Shown in pieces: positions 1 to 9,518 of a DNA stretch of 64,000 bases. A model generated the notes under the pieces. That model saw only the letters and a program-made list of their open reading frames with translations, was not told where the DNA came from and did no database searches. The DNA is from an uncultured candidatus Porisulfidus sp. Its GTDB lineage: Bacteria; Pseudomonadota; Gammaproteobacteria; Poriferisulfidales; Poriferisulfidaceae. Position 1 is the first letter of the stretch. Every line of letters begins with the position of its first letter. The position numbers and the translations under genes were made by a program. The DNA is taken from the NCBI GenBank assembly GCA_965214545.1, contig OZ243950.1, positions 708,813 through 772,812 on the forward strand, in the 5' to 3' direction.

Positions 1-67
1 GGTCGGTGTCCGGGTTCAGCCCGGTCATCTCCAGGTCGATCCAGATCAGGTTGTTCTTCTTGGACAT
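1..67 (-). CDS. orn: oligoribonuclease Orn, N-terminal fragment (gene continues beyond window start)
   Basis: Reverse complement of 1..67 translates [22 protein letters not shown], the conserved Orn N-terminus (E. coli [23 protein letters not shown]). Confidence 0.6.
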   Translation of the reverse strand, partial: [22 protein letters not shown]

Positions 68-371
68 GAGGCTCTGGCCGGGGTTCGTTCTGCTCGCCAC
101 GCTCGCCGGGTTCGATCTCGGCGGCGCGCAGGCGTTCGACGCGGGCAGTGTACATCAAGAGCACTGCACCGCCTGCCACGCGCGCGTCACCGGCGGCGAC
201 GGCCACCTGCTGTACCGCGGGGCGGCGGGCCTCGTCGGGGACGCCGGGCAACTGCTCGCGCGCGTCGACCACTGCCGCGCCGGCGCCGGGCTCGACTGGA
301 CGGCGGACCAGGTCGCGGCGATGCGCGATTTCCTGGACGGGCGCTTCTACCGATTCGGAACCGGGGACTGA
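66..371 (+). CDS. putative small secreted c-type cytochrome-like protein (single CxxCH)
   Basis: In-frame ATG inside ORF 6..371. Hydrophobic N-terminus MRLWPGFVLLATLAGFDLGGAQA followed by HQEHCTACHA (a CxxCH motif). The start codon overlaps the divergent orn ATG (CATG), so the call is weak. Confidence 0.3.
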   Translation: MRLWPGFVLLATLAGFDLGGAQAFDAGSVHQEHCTACHARVTGGDGHLLYRGAAGLVGDAGQLLARVDHCRAGAGLDWTADQVAAMRDFLDGRFYRFGTGD

Positions 372-400
372 CCGGCCCCGTCCACCGCGAGGCCTGGGGC

Positions 401-2203
401 ATGGGCAAAGGACGCCGCCGACGCAACCGGCCGAACCCGGCCGCGGCGAAGGCGGCGGACCCGCCGCGCCCGGGGCGGCCCTGGGGGCTGGCGCTCGGAG
501 CCGGGGCCGTCGCCGCGCTGGCGACCCTGCACACCGCTTCGGTGTTCGACGAGTTCCGCCTGGTGGCCGGGCTGCACCGCTGGCTGATGACCTATGCCGA
601 GGGCTTCCACCGCCGCGGGCTGGTCGGCACCCTGTTCCAGGCGGTGGCCGGGGACGAATCCCGCGACACACAGGTCGCGTTGGCGTCCCAGGTTTCCACC
701 GCGGGCCTGTACCTGTGGCTGGCCGGGGCCCTCGCCCTGCTCGTGTTCGCCGCCGCACGCGTGCGCGACCGCGCCGTGATGGCGCTGACGTTGGCGTTCG
801 GCGCCTTCGCCTTCCTCAACCCGATGTGGACCACCCGCGCCCACGACAACGGCTACCTGGACTGGCTGGTCGGCCTCGCCGTCACCGGCGCGCTGGCCGC
901 CTTCGTCTTGCGCCGCCCGCTGGTGGCCGGGGCGCTCGCTGCGGTCGGCATCGTCGCCTACTGGGGCACACTGTTCGTCTGGCTGCCGTTGGGATTCCTG
1001 GGCACCTGCCTGCTCCTGCGCGACGCCGGCGGCCGCGAAAATGCGCAGGAAACTATCCCGGCACCAGGCTGCGCGATGGATCGCAGGCGCGCCATCGCCG
1101 CACTGGCCCTGCCGCCTGCGGCCGCCCTGCTGGCGGCGCTGTTCCACGACAACGAAGCCGCCATCGCCCAGCTGCAACGGATCGGCGGGCAGGCGAACAT
1201 CATCGAGGAGACCTTCTCGGGCATCTGGCCAGCCGTCCTGCAACAGGCCGAACGCGTGCAGACCAACGGGCGGGCCATGCTCGGCATCGCGACCGTGTTC
1301 CTGCTGCCGCCGGCCCTGTGCGCGGCATTCTGGACCTGCGCCCTGCGCCGGCTCGGACGCAGCCTGCTGCAGCCGGCCTGGCTCGACGCCGCGGCGGCGG
1401 TGCTCGCGACCCTCGCGCCCGTGTCGTTCCTGGTGGTGGCGTTCGACATGTCGCGCCTGATGGCGTGGACCTACTTCGCCTTCTTCGCGGTCATGGTGGT
1501 CTGGCTGGCCTTCGCCCGCCCCGTGCCCGAAGCCCGGCGGGGCGGTGCCTGGCCGTGGGCGGTCGCACCGGTCGCGTTGGCGGCTTTTTTCTGGACCAGC
1601 CCGACGATCTATGCGTGGGCAGACCTAAGCCACATGATCCCGTGCGAACGGTTCTGCTTCAAGGTGGGCACGCTGCAAGGCCGCCTCCTGGACGGCTTCC
1701 GGCGCCACGTCATCGCCTCGCCCATCCAGGAGTACAGTACGCCCGGCGGGATGTTGCGCGGGACGACCGGACACAACGAGAAGCATGCCGGTGACCGCGA
1801 CCTGCACCGGGTCGCCCGGGCCGGCCGCGACCAGTCCGGACGTTTGATGGACCTCAATGTCCTGCTCGGGAAAGCGGGCGAAGGGGTGACCCTGCAGGCC
1901 CCGGCGCAGACCAAGAACGCGATCATCGGGAGCGGGGCGCACCGGATCTCGATTGCGTACCGCGCCGGAGGCACGGACGCCGCAAATGCCTCGACCCACT
2001 TCCTGGTCTACGACCGCACATTCGGCACCCTCGAACCGATCCTGCGCGCGCGCCTGCCGGCCTCGGAAACCGAGTTCACCGCCATCGTCACGCCCCCGCC
2101 GGAACTGGCGGGCAACCCCTTCCGTTGGGTCATCCTCTACGACGGCACGGGCGTGTTCGACCTGCAACGGGTCTCTTTCGCCGAAGTGGCGTCGGAGGAC
2201 TGA
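401..2203 (+). CDS. hypothetical polytopic membrane protein with a C-terminal soluble domain
   Basis: 600-aa ORF. N-terminal ~400 aa are rich in hydrophobic helices; GAGG lies upstream of the ATG. The antisense ORFs that overlap it are Arg/Gly-rich and look like artefacts. Confidence 0.45.
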   Translation: MGKGRRRRNRPNPAAAKAADPPRPGRPWGLALGAGAVAALATLHTASVFDEFRLVAGLHRWLMTYAEGFHRRGLVGTLFQAVAGDESRDTQVALASQVSTAGLYLWLAGALALLVFAAARVRDRAVMALTLAFGAFAFLNPMWTTRAHDNGYLDWLVGLAVTGALAAFVLRRPLVAGALAAVGIVAYWGTLFVWLPLGFLGTCLLLRDAGGRENAQETIPAPGCAMDRRRAIAALALPPAAALLAALFHDNEAAIAQLQRIGGQANIIEETFSGIWPAVLQQAERVQTNGRAMLGIATVFLLPPALCAAFWTCALRRLGRSLLQPAWLDAAAAVLATLAPVSFLVVAFDMSRLMAWTYFAFFAVMVVWLAFARPVPEARRGGAWPWAVAPVALAAFFWTSPTIYAWADLSHMIPCERFCFKVGTLQGRLLDGFRRHVIASPIQEYSTPGGMLRGTTGHNEKHAGDRDLHRVARAGRDQSGRLMDLNVLLGKAGEGVTLQAPAQTKNAIIGSGAHRISIAYRAGGTDAANASTHFLVYDRTFGTLEPILRARLPASETEFTAIVTPPPELAGNPFRWVILYDGTGVFDLQRVSFAEVASED

Positions 2204-2630
2204 ATCCCGCCGGCCGGTCTTTTGGGGGCCATTCCTTGCTGAAAAATGCTTCGATAGCGAGCCTCTCGAAGGTTCGACCCATAAGCCCAAATGCTTCAGA
2301 TCGATCAGCTCGCCGCCGGCTCCACCCAATGCAGCTGGAACACCTGCGTCGGGGTGTCCACCCCGACGATCGTTTTATTGTTAGAATCCATTTCGTGAAT
2401 CCTCCAGCCTGGTTGTACGAGACCGCGTATTGTCCACCTTTGGCACTTTAGATGCCGTTCCGGACGTACTGGAGGATTCACCCTTCCGATACGCCCAAGC
2501 GAAAAGTCGGGCGGCTTTCATACCAATGGACGAAGAGCCAATTGTCAAGATTAAAAAAACGAGATGACATACGCCAAGTGGGAGAAAACAAGGGCGCGGT
2601 GTACGAGCGCAGGCGTTAATTTATACGCTA

Positions 2631-2648
2631 GGCGCATATATATGCGCC
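2631..2648. promoter_or_regulatory. perfect 18-bp palindrome GGCGCATATATATGCGCC flanked by TTATACG direct repeats, about 65 bp upstream of the 2714 gene
   Basis: Read directly in a lower-GC intergenic region. Candidate operator overlapping a promoter. Confidence 0.3.
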
Positions 2649-2713
2649 ACTTTATACGGCAGTCGCAAATAGCAAGACCGAAAATACAGGCATAACCGGA
2701 AGGGAGAGCGGGA

Positions 2714-3475
2714 ATGGCTGAACTGGAAATCCACGGCATCTTGGTCTGGGCGATCCTCGTGGTCTCGATCCCGACGTTCCTGTATTTGCTGTACCGTACC
2801 GCCCCGTTTGGCCGGCACTACTCCGGCAGCGGCTGGGGGCCGTCCTTCTCCAACCGGACCGGCTGGATCGTCATGGAACTGCCGGCCGTGATCGTCTTCC
2901 TGGCCGTGTACCTTCGCGGAGAATCCGCCTGGGAGGCCGTGCCGCTGGTGTTCCTCGTCCTATGGCAGGCGCACTACCTGCACCGGGCGCTGATCTTTCC
3001 GTTCCGGCTGCGCACGCAAGGCAAGCGGATGCCGATCGCGGTCGCCGCATCGGGGGTTTTCTTCAACGTGATCAACGCCTACATCAATGCCCGCGTCGTC
3101 TCGGAGTTCGGCGAATACGGCATCGAATGGCTGGGCGACCCCCGTTTCCTGGCCGGCCTCGCGGTATTCCTGTTCGGCATGGCCCTCAACCTCCATTCCG
3201 ACACGATCCTGCTGCGCCTGCGCAAGCCCGGCGAGACCGGCTACGCCATTCCCCGAGGCGGCGGATTCCGCTTTGTCTCCTGCCCGAACCATCTCGGGGA
3301 AATCCTGGAATGGGCCGGCTGGGCGCTGGCCACCGCGTCGCTGGCCGGCTTCGCCTTCTTCGTGTTCACCGCCGCCAACCTGGTGCCGCGGGCCGTCCAC
3401 CATCACCGCTGGAACCGACAGACCTTCGAAGATTATCCGGCCAGCCGGAAAGCCGTGATTCCGGGGGTTTTCTGA
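2714..3475 (+). CDS. steroid 5-alpha-reductase / DUF1295 family membrane protein (3-oxo-5-alpha-steroid 4-dehydrogenase-like)
   Basis: 253 aa with multiple TM segments. C-terminal part (GGFRFVSCPNHLGEILEWAGW) resembles the NADPH-dependent steroid reductase / ICMT-like domain. Confidence 0.65.
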   Translation: MAELEIHGILVWAILVVSIPTFLYLLYRTAPFGRHYSGSGWGPSFSNRTGWIVMELPAVIVFLAVYLRGESAWEAVPLVFLVLWQAHYLHRALIFPFRLRTQGKRMPIAVAASGVFFNVINAYINARVVSEFGEYGIEWLGDPRFLAGLAVFLFGMALNLHSDTILLRLRKPGETGYAIPRGGGFRFVSCPNHLGEILEWAGWALATASLAGFAFFVFTAANLVPRAVHHHRWNRQTFEDYPASRKAVIPGVF

Positions 3476-3553
3476 ATCGTACCCCAGCCAATCTACGCCT
3501 CTTGCAAAGTCTTTTGTCTGTGGCTACAATGAGGCTCTTCAAAGGAGGTTCAA

Positions 3554-3811
3554 ATGAGCACTGATGCCGTTGTACGCGCACGAATCGACAGCGACACCAA
3601 GGTACAGGCCACTGAAGCACTTCAGCTTATGGGGTTGTCGGTGTCTGACGCCATCCGTCTGCTGATGATCCGGATTGCGAACGAGAAGCGGCTTCCGTTT
3701 GCCGTCCAAGTGCCGAACGCCACCACCCTCGAAGCCATGAAGGAACTGGACGAGGGCAAGGGCAAGCGCTTCAGCAATGCCGAAGACTTTTTCAAAGACC
3801 TAGGCATCTAA
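3554..3811 (+). CDS. relB: type II antitoxin, RelB/DinJ family
   Basis: 85 aa; typical DinJ/RelB sequence. Strong SD AAAGGAGG upstream. Stop codon overlaps the start of the toxin gene. Confidence 0.85.
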   Translation: MSTDAVVRARIDSDTKVQATEALQLMGLSVSDAIRLLMIRIANEKRLPFAVQVPNATTLEAMKELDEGKGKRFSNAEDFFKDLGI

Positions 3812-3812
3812 T

Positions 3813-4082
3813 GTGCTGAATCTGGTCCAGTCCACGCAATTCAAGCGTGACGTCAAGCGCATGAAGAAGCGGGGCAAGGACATGTCCAAACTTCGTCGGC
3901 CGGTACTGACATTGATTCAGCAACTCCCACTGCCTGGTAGCCAACACGACCATCTGCTTCAAGGCGTCTGGAGAGGTTACCGCGAATTCCACATCGAGCC
4001 AGACTGGCTCGTGATCTATCGTGTCAAAGGCCGTGAACTACAAATGGCCCGCACCGGCTCCCACTCCGATCTCTTTGGGTAA
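3813..4082 (+). CDS. yafQ: type II toxin, YafQ/RelE family mRNA interferase (GTG start)
   Basis: Aligns with E. coli YafQ along its length: KDVKRMKKRGKDMSKL...HLLQGVWRGYREFHIEPDWLVIYR...RTGSHSDLFG. Confidence 0.85.
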   Translation: MLNLVQSTQFKRDVKRMKKRGKDMSKLRRPVLTLIQQLPLPGSQHDHLLQGVWRGYREFHIEPDWLVIYRVKGRELQMARTGSHSDLFG

Positions 4083-4151
4083 TCAGTTAGACAGAAAGGT
4101 TTTCGGTGCCCTCGCTCGTGCTTTGCTCTCCGCATCGGTGGCGGGTCTGCC

Positions 4152-6644
4152 CTAGTCCGCTTTCGCCTCACCCATCGGGCGCAGCGTCAGCAGCAGCGCC
4201 GGCAGCAACGCCAGCGAGGCGACCAGCGCGGTCAGCATGGCCAGACCGGTGAACAGGCCGAAGTAGAACGTCGGCACAAAATTCGACAGCATCAGGATCG
4301 AGAACCCGACCACGATGGTCAGCGAGGTGTAATACATCGCCCGCCCAATGCTGCCGTGGCAGCGCCATAGGGTCGCCCGGTAGTCCCGGTCCTCCGGGAA
4401 CTCCCGGCGAAAGCGGATGATGTAGTGGATGGTGTTGTCCACCGCGATGCCAACGCTGATCGCGGCGATGGTGATCGTCATCAGGTCCAGCGGAATGCCG
4501 AGCCAGCCCATGGTGCCGAGCACCAGCAGCGCCGGCAGCATGTTCGGCAGGATCGCGATCAGGGCCAGACGCAGCGAGCGGAACAGAATCAGGAACATGC
4601 CGAGGATGCTCAGGAACACGAAGCCGATGGTCTGGATCTGCGACGCGAACAGGCTCTGCAGGACATTGTTGTACAGCACCAGCAGGCCGCTCTGCCGGTA
4701 GCGGGACTCGGCGTAGCCCATCTCCTCGCCCAGGAAGCGATCAATCCGCTCGATCAGTTCGGCGCGGCGCAAATCCGGGTCGGAATCGATCACCCGCAAG
4801 GACACGCGCAACTGGTTTCCGTCCGCAGACAGGAAGGGGCGCAGCAGCACCGCCTGCATGTCCTCCGGCAGGCGCGACAGCCCTTCGCGCAGCAGGCTGA
4901 TCTTGAGGTCGTCTAGGGGCTCGCCCTCGTTGATGCTCTCGGCCATCCGCATCAGGGTATCCAGCGACAGCACCTTGCCGATCTCCGGTTGCGCCTCCAG
5001 CCAGTCGTGCACGCGGCGCAGTTCGCCCAGGCGCAGCGGGTTGAACCAGTAGCCGGGCGACGACTCCGCGCCCCCGCCTTCCAGGTCCCCGTAGAAATCC
5101 TCCTCGAATTCCTCTTCCTCCCCGGTCGCCACCTCCGGGTCCGCCTCCAGGATGATGTCGAGCGGCGTGGTGCCGCCGAGATGCCGGTCGATCTCCAGCA
5201 TGCCCTGGAAGATCTCGGTATCCTCGTCGAAATAGTCGATGAACCGGTTCTCCACGTCCAGGCGCGCCGCGCCGAACGCGCTGGCCACCGCCAGGGCCGC
5301 CGCGATGCCGAGGATCGGTTTGCGGTGCCGCTCGGTCAGGCGCGCGAACGCCAGGGTGACGCCGCGGGTGAAGTCCCGCTCCTCGCCCTGCGTGCGCGGC
5401 AGCAGGGCGACCACCGCCGGGAACAACAAGAAAATCACGCCGAAGGCCATCGCGATGCCGGCCGTCATCATGGTCCCGAAATCGATCACCGGCCGGATCC
5501 CGCTGATCAGCAGCGACACGAAGGCCACCATGGTCGTCAGGGCTGCGTACAGGATCGGGGTGAACATGAAGTGGACGGTGCGGGCGACCAGGTCCCGGGG
5601 GCGAGCGGCGGGTTCCTGGGCCTGGAGTTCCCGGAAACGCACCACCAGGTGAATCGTCATCGACATGCAGATGATCAACAGCAGCGACACGAAATTGGAG
5701 GAAATCACGGTCACCGGCCAGCGCGCCAGCGCCAGGGTGCCCATCATCAGCACCACCGAGGCCGCGCACGCGGCCAGCGGCAGCAGGATCCAGCGCAGGC
5801 GACGGAAGATCACCGTCAGCATCAGGATCAGGAACACGAACACGCTGAGGCCGAAGGTGCGCAGGTCGCTGTCGATGAAGTCGATCATGTCGGTCGCGAT
5901 CATGGCGACGCCGCCGAGGAAGATGCGCGCCTTTCCGCGGTGGCGGTCGAGCACCGCCCGAACCTCGGCGACGGTGTCGGCGCGCTGCGCCGCGACGGCG
6001 GCCGCGTGGTCGGCGTAGCGCCGGGTCACTTCGTCCAGGCGCCGCTGGCCCGCCTCGTCCAGGGTCCCCGTACGCCGAGCATCGCGCAGCTGGGTGCGGT
6101 CGCGCAGCAAGGCGTGGCCGACTGTGTCGGCCTTCAGGTAGGCCGCCAGCGCCGTGGTCTCCCCGTCCCGGCCCATCAGAAGGTCGCGGTAGAACGGGCT
6201 GGTCGTCAGTTCGCGCCGCGCCAACTCGCGGTCGGTCCCGGCATCGCGCAGGGTGCGGTTGGTCTCGCCGAGCTCGGTGAAGTCGACCGGCGGGGAATTC
6301 AGCAGCGGCACGTCCAGGATGGTGACCACGTCCTCGATCGCTGGGACCGCCAGCAACTCTTCGCGCAAGGCATCCAGATCGGCCAGCATCGCCGGGGCCA
6401 GCATCGGCGCGTGCGGGTTGTAGGTCACGAACAGGACATCCCGGGTCCCGTACTGCTCCAGCACCGTGCGATAGTAGCGCAGGTCCTCGTCGTTCTCCAG
6501 CAGCAGGGAGTCGGACGAGGCGTCCAGCCGGAAATTCCCGGCCTGCGTGACCATGGCCGCAACTACCGCGGCGATGAACACCAGCACCGCCCACGGGCGG
6601 TCCAACACCCAGTGGTCGTAGAAGGCGCGCAGCCGGTCAGTCAT
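4152..6644 (-). CDS. MMPL/RND-superfamily exporter (12 TM, two sterol-sensing-like bundles)
   Basis: 830 aa. Two hydrophobic 6-TM blocks are separated by large soluble loops, as in COG1033/MMPL or HpnN-like exporters. Confidence 0.8.
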   Translation of the reverse strand: MTDRLRAFYDHWVLDRPWAVLVFIAAVVAAMVTQAGNFRLDASSDSLLLENDEDLRYYRTVLEQYGTRDVLFVTYNPHAPMLAPAMLADLDALREELLAVPAIEDVVTILDVPLLNSPPVDFTELGETNRTLRDAGTDRELARRELTTSPFYRDLLMGRDGETTALAAYLKADTVGHALLRDRTQLRDARRTGTLDEAGQRRLDEVTRRYADHAAAVAAQRADTVAEVRAVLDRHRGKARIFLGGVAMIATDMIDFIDSDLRTFGLSVFVFLILMLTVIFRRLRWILLPLAACAASVVLMMGTLALARWPVTVISSNFVSLLLIICMSMTIHLVVRFRELQAQEPAARPRDLVARTVHFMFTPILYAALTTMVAFVSLLISGIRPVIDFGTMMTAGIAMAFGVIFLLFPAVVALLPRTQGEERDFTRGVTLAFARLTERHRKPILGIAAALAVASAFGAARLDVENRFIDYFDEDTEIFQGMLEIDRHLGGTTPLDIILEADPEVATGEEEEFEEDFYGDLEGGGAESSPGYWFNPLRLGELRRVHDWLEAQPEIGKVLSLDTLMRMAESINEGEPLDDLKISLLREGLSRLPEDMQAVLLRPFLSADGNQLRVSLRVIDSDPDLRRAELIERIDRFLGEEMGYAESRYRQSGLLVLYNNVLQSLFASQIQTIGFVFLSILGMFLILFRSLRLALIAILPNMLPALLVLGTMGWLGIPLDLMTITIAAISVGIAVDNTIHYIIRFRREFPEDRDYRATLWRCHGSIGRAMYYTSLTIVVGFSILMLSNFVPTFYFGLFTGLAMLTALVASLALLPALLLTLRPMGEAKAD

Positions 6645-6724
6645 GGATCATCAAAAAATGCGCCGCAGGCCACATCGGGGTTCCGGAGCAGAAATAGCGT
6701 CTCGATTCGACGCGCCTGCCTAGT

Positions 6725-6880
6725 CTAGCAAACCCCCTCCCGGCCCCGCTGTCCTGAACCTGCATCATGCCCCGGCTTTTCCAAGATTAAATGGGATCCC
6801 TTTGTCCTCTCATCAACAAAGCCTTCGGCTTTAGAGATTCGTGAAACGGCACGCCAGTCAAGCGGCGTAAGCCTGGTCAT
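6725..6880 (-). CDS. hicA: HicA-like toxin (mRNA interferase), internal start of ORF 6725..6979
   Basis: MTRLTPLDWRAVSRISKAEGFVDERTKGSHLILEKPGH matches the HicA pattern (...GF...KGSH.I...). Its ATG overlaps the 3' end of hicB. Confidence 0.5.
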   Translation of the reverse strand: MTRLTPLDWRAVSRISKAEGFVDERTKGSHLILEKPGHDAGSGQRGREGVC

Positions 6881-7181
6881 GAGCCACCAGAGAAATCGGA
6901 ATCTCAATGCTTTGCTCGTCCTCGGAATATTGGAGTTGAGGGCGGTTTGGTTCTGCGACCATTTCAAACCCTCTCTCACTCAACACCTTCTCCAAGGTTT
7001 GCCGCCTTATGCATGATTCCAAAAACATATTGACCGCTTCCCCAAGGTTTTCCATGGCTTCTTCTTCGGTATCTCCCTGACTGAAAACATCCAACGGCGG
7101 GCAAGATGAAACATAAGCATTTCCATCCTGTTCGATTTCAAACGGCATGCTCACCTTGAACTGGATACAATTCGGTTCCAT
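6858..7181 (-). CDS. hicB: HicB-family antitoxin
   Basis: MEPNCIQFKVSMPFEIEQDGNAYVSSCPPLDVFSQGDTEEEAMENLGEAV is typical of the HicB/UPF0150 fold. A strong AGGGAGGAG SD sits 4 nt upstream of this ATG. Confidence 0.75.
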   Translation of the reverse strand: MEPNCIQFKVSMPFEIEQDGNAYVSSCPPLDVFSQGDTEEEAMENLGEAVNMFLESCIRRQTLEKVLSERGFEMVAEPNRPQLQYSEDEQSIEIPISLVAHDQAYAA

Positions 7182-7423
7182 GCGCTCCTCCCTTAAAATG
7201 TTCTCTTTCCCCAACACCCTGTCGGGGACGTTCAATGCTAGCATATTCCCATACCCTTACACTCCCTTCAGCCACCCTTCAACCATAGAAATACCCAGAA
7301 CCGAGGCAAAAGGGTTGTGCGAGTCGGAGAGCACCATAGGCCGAAGCCTCGAAAAATCCGAAATGTCGGTAGGGGGTTGGGGAGGCTACTCCGGTCCCTC
7401 CTCTCTTTCCGGTCTGTCACGCT

Positions 7424-7447
7424 AGGATCCTAGCGCGTTTGTCAACC
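7424..7447. repeat. copy 1 of conserved 24-bp motif GGATCCTAGCGCGTTTGTCAACCT (within the 12-bp palindrome CTAGGATCCTAG)
   Basis: Near-identical copy at 13600..13623 (23/24 matches) and a related copy at 38664..38682. Each lies just upstream of an accessory gene on the minus strand. Confidence 0.5.
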
Positions 7448-7578
7448 TCCCGCCGCACCCCCCGCCCGGATTCCCGTAGAGTAAAATTAGTGCCCTGCGG
7501 ACGCGCTTTCCTCACCCTTGCGGCGAGAGCCACGGCCGCCGCCCGCCTCGCATCCTTGAACGCCACTCCGACCGCCCC

Positions 7579-8541
7579 ATGCTCCCGCACACCCTGATGA
7601 CTTACCTCATCGTCGTCGCCATCGGGTTCGCGGCTCTGGCCTGGAGCGCTGACCGGCTGGTCGAGGGCGCCTCCGCCCTGGCTCGGCAGTTCAACGTCTC
7701 GGCCTTCGCCATCGGCGTGGTCATCCTGGGATTCGGCACCAGCCTGCCGGAATTGCTAGTCTCCGCGACCGCCGCCGTGCGCGGCAGCGGCGGCATTGCG
7801 ATCGGCAACGCGTTCGGTTCGAACATCGCCAATATCGCGATGATCCTGGGCATCTCGGCCCTGATCCTGCCGCTCGCCGCAAAGCGGACCCTGCTGCAGC
7901 GCGACCTCCCCCTGATCCTGTTCGGCACCGCCGGCGTGTTCGTCGCCCTGTCGGACCTGGCGCTCGGGCGCACGGAAGGCATCCTCCTGATGCTCGCCCT
8001 GGTCGGCGTCATCGTCTGGATCGTGCACAGCGGGAAGGCCCCCGCCCCGATCCTCAGCGAACCCGCCGGACACACCCCCCTGGCCGCCGTGGCCCTGACC
8101 CTGATCGCGCTGGTCATCCTGCTCGGCAGCGCCTGGGCCTTGGTCTGGGCCTCCACCGGGATCGCCCGGATGCTGGAAGTGGACGAGCTGCTGATCGGCC
8201 TGACCCTGGTCGCCATCGGCACCTCGCTGCCAGAACTCGCCGCCTCGCTGGCCTCCCTGAAACGTGCCGAAGGCAGCGGGCTCATCCTCGGCAACGTGGT
8301 CGGCTCCAACCTGTTCAACACGCTGGGCGTGGTCGGGCTTCCTGCCGCGCTGAGCCCGTTTTCGGTGTCCCCGATACTCGGAACCGATGCCCTGATCATG
8401 CTGGGATTCACCGCCCTGCTCGGCGTCCTGCTGCTGCGCCCGGGCGGCTTCCGGCTGACCCGCCCCGGAGCAATCCTGCTGCTGTTGTGCTATATAGGGT
8501 ACCTAGGCTGGAACGCCGAGCGCATGATGGTGCCGACATGA
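7579..8541 (+). CDS. yrbG: Na+/Ca2+ exchanger family inner membrane protein
   Basis: 320 aa with two GTSLPEL alpha-repeat motifs. Sits immediately upstream of kdsD, as in E. coli. Confidence 0.85.
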   Translation: MLPHTLMTYLIVVAIGFAALAWSADRLVEGASALARQFNVSAFAIGVVILGFGTSLPELLVSATAAVRGSGGIAIGNAFGSNIANIAMILGISALILPLAAKRTLLQRDLPLILFGTAGVFVALSDLALGRTEGILLMLALVGVIVWIVHSGKAPAPILSEPAGHTPLAAVALTLIALVILLGSAWALVWASTGIARMLEVDELLIGLTLVAIGTSLPELAASLASLKRAEGSGLILGNVVGSNLFNTLGVVGLPAALSPFSVSPILGTDALIMLGFTALLGVLLLRPGGFRLTRPGAILLLLCYIGYLGWNAERMMVPT

Positions 8542-9518
8542 CCGACCCCGAACAGACTTCGGACATCTTAGAGATCGCCTGCGACGTGCTGCGCCAGGAA
8601 GCGGACGCAGTGCGCGCCCTGGCGGACCGCATCGGCGAAGATTTCGCCGAATGCTGCCGGGTGCTCAGCAAGTGCACCGGGCACATCATCGTCATCGGCA
8701 TGGGCAAGTCCGGCCACATCGGGCAGAAGATCGCCGCCACCTTCGCCAGCACCGGGAGCCCCTCGTTTTTCGTGCACCCGGCCGAGGCCAGCCACGGCGA
8801 CCTCGGCATGATCACCCGCAACGATGTCGTGTTGACCCTGTCCAACTCCGGCGAGACCGGGGAGTTGCTGAACCTGCTGCCGCTGGTGCGCCAGATCGGC
8901 GCCACCATCATTGCGCTGACTGGCCAGCCGGAGTCCACGCTGGCTCGCAAGGCCGACCTGCACCTGGAAATCCCAGTGGCGCGCGAAGCCTGCCCGCTCA
9001 ACCTCGCGCCCACGTCGAGCACCACCGCCACGCTCGCCATCGGCGACGCGCTCGCCGTCGCCTTGATGCACGTCCACGGCTTCAAGCCGGAGGATTTCGC
9101 CAGCACCCACCCGGGCGGCAGCCTGGGCCGGCAGCTGCTGACCACGGTCCGCGACGTGATGCGCGACGGCGAGAACATCCCGAAAGTCCCGCTCAGCACC
9201 CTGTTGCGGGACGCCCTGCCCGAGATTTCCGGGAAAGGGCTCGGCATGACAACCGTGCTGGATGAGCGCGGGCAGATCGTCGGGGTGTTCACCGATGGCG
9301 ACCTGCGCCGCTGCCTGGCTGACGAGGTGGATATCCACGTCACCGCGGTGGACCAGGTCATGACCCGGGAGTTCCAGGTCGCCGCGCCGGACGAGCTCGC
9401 GCGCGACGTGCTGCACCGGATGCGCGACCGCCGCTTCAACACCGCCCCGGTCATGCAGGACGAGCAACTGGTCGGCGTCCTCAGCATGCACGACCTGGTC
9501 GCGGCCGGACTGCGATGA
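8538..9518 (+). CDS. kdsD: arabinose-5-phosphate isomerase (SIS + tandem CBS)
   Basis: GKSGHIGQKIAATFASTGSPSFFVHPAEASHGDLGM SIS motif with C-terminal CBS domains. ATGA overlap with the yrbG stop. Confidence 0.9.
   Translation: MTDPEQTSDILEIACDVLRQEADAVRALADRIGEDFAECCRVLSKCTGHIIVIGMGKSGHIGQKIAATFASTGSPSFFVHPAEASHGDLGMITRNDVVLTLSNSGETGELLNLLPLVRQIGATIIALTGQPESTLARKADLHLEIPVAREACPLNLAPTSSTTATLAIGDALAVALMHVHGFKPEDFASTHPGGSLGRQLLTTVRDVMRDGENIPKVPLSTLLRDALPEISGKGLGMTTVLDERGQIVGVFTDGDLRRCLADEVDIHVTAVDQVMTREFQVAAPDELARDVLHRMRDRRFNTAPVMQDEQLVGVLSMHDLVAAGLR

Noticed and set aside
347-1243. Long antisense or alternative-frame ORFs inside the 600-aa membrane gene (347..1243 -, 148..1794 +, 1625..2329 -)
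   Set aside because: Arg/Gly/Pro/Ala-dominated translations typical of off-frame reading in 68% GC DNA. No motifs. They overlap a coherent membrane-protein ORF.
4741-6728. 617-aa minus-strand and 579-aa plus-strand ORFs overlapping the MMPL/RND exporter
   Set aside because: Low-complexity RG-rich products lying entirely inside a well-supported 830-aa transporter gene.
6725-6979. Full 84-aa ORF as hicA
   Set aside because: The first 33 codons overlap hicB and lack similarity. The HicA-like region starts at the internal ATG (6880). Kept as a shorter call with moderate confidence.
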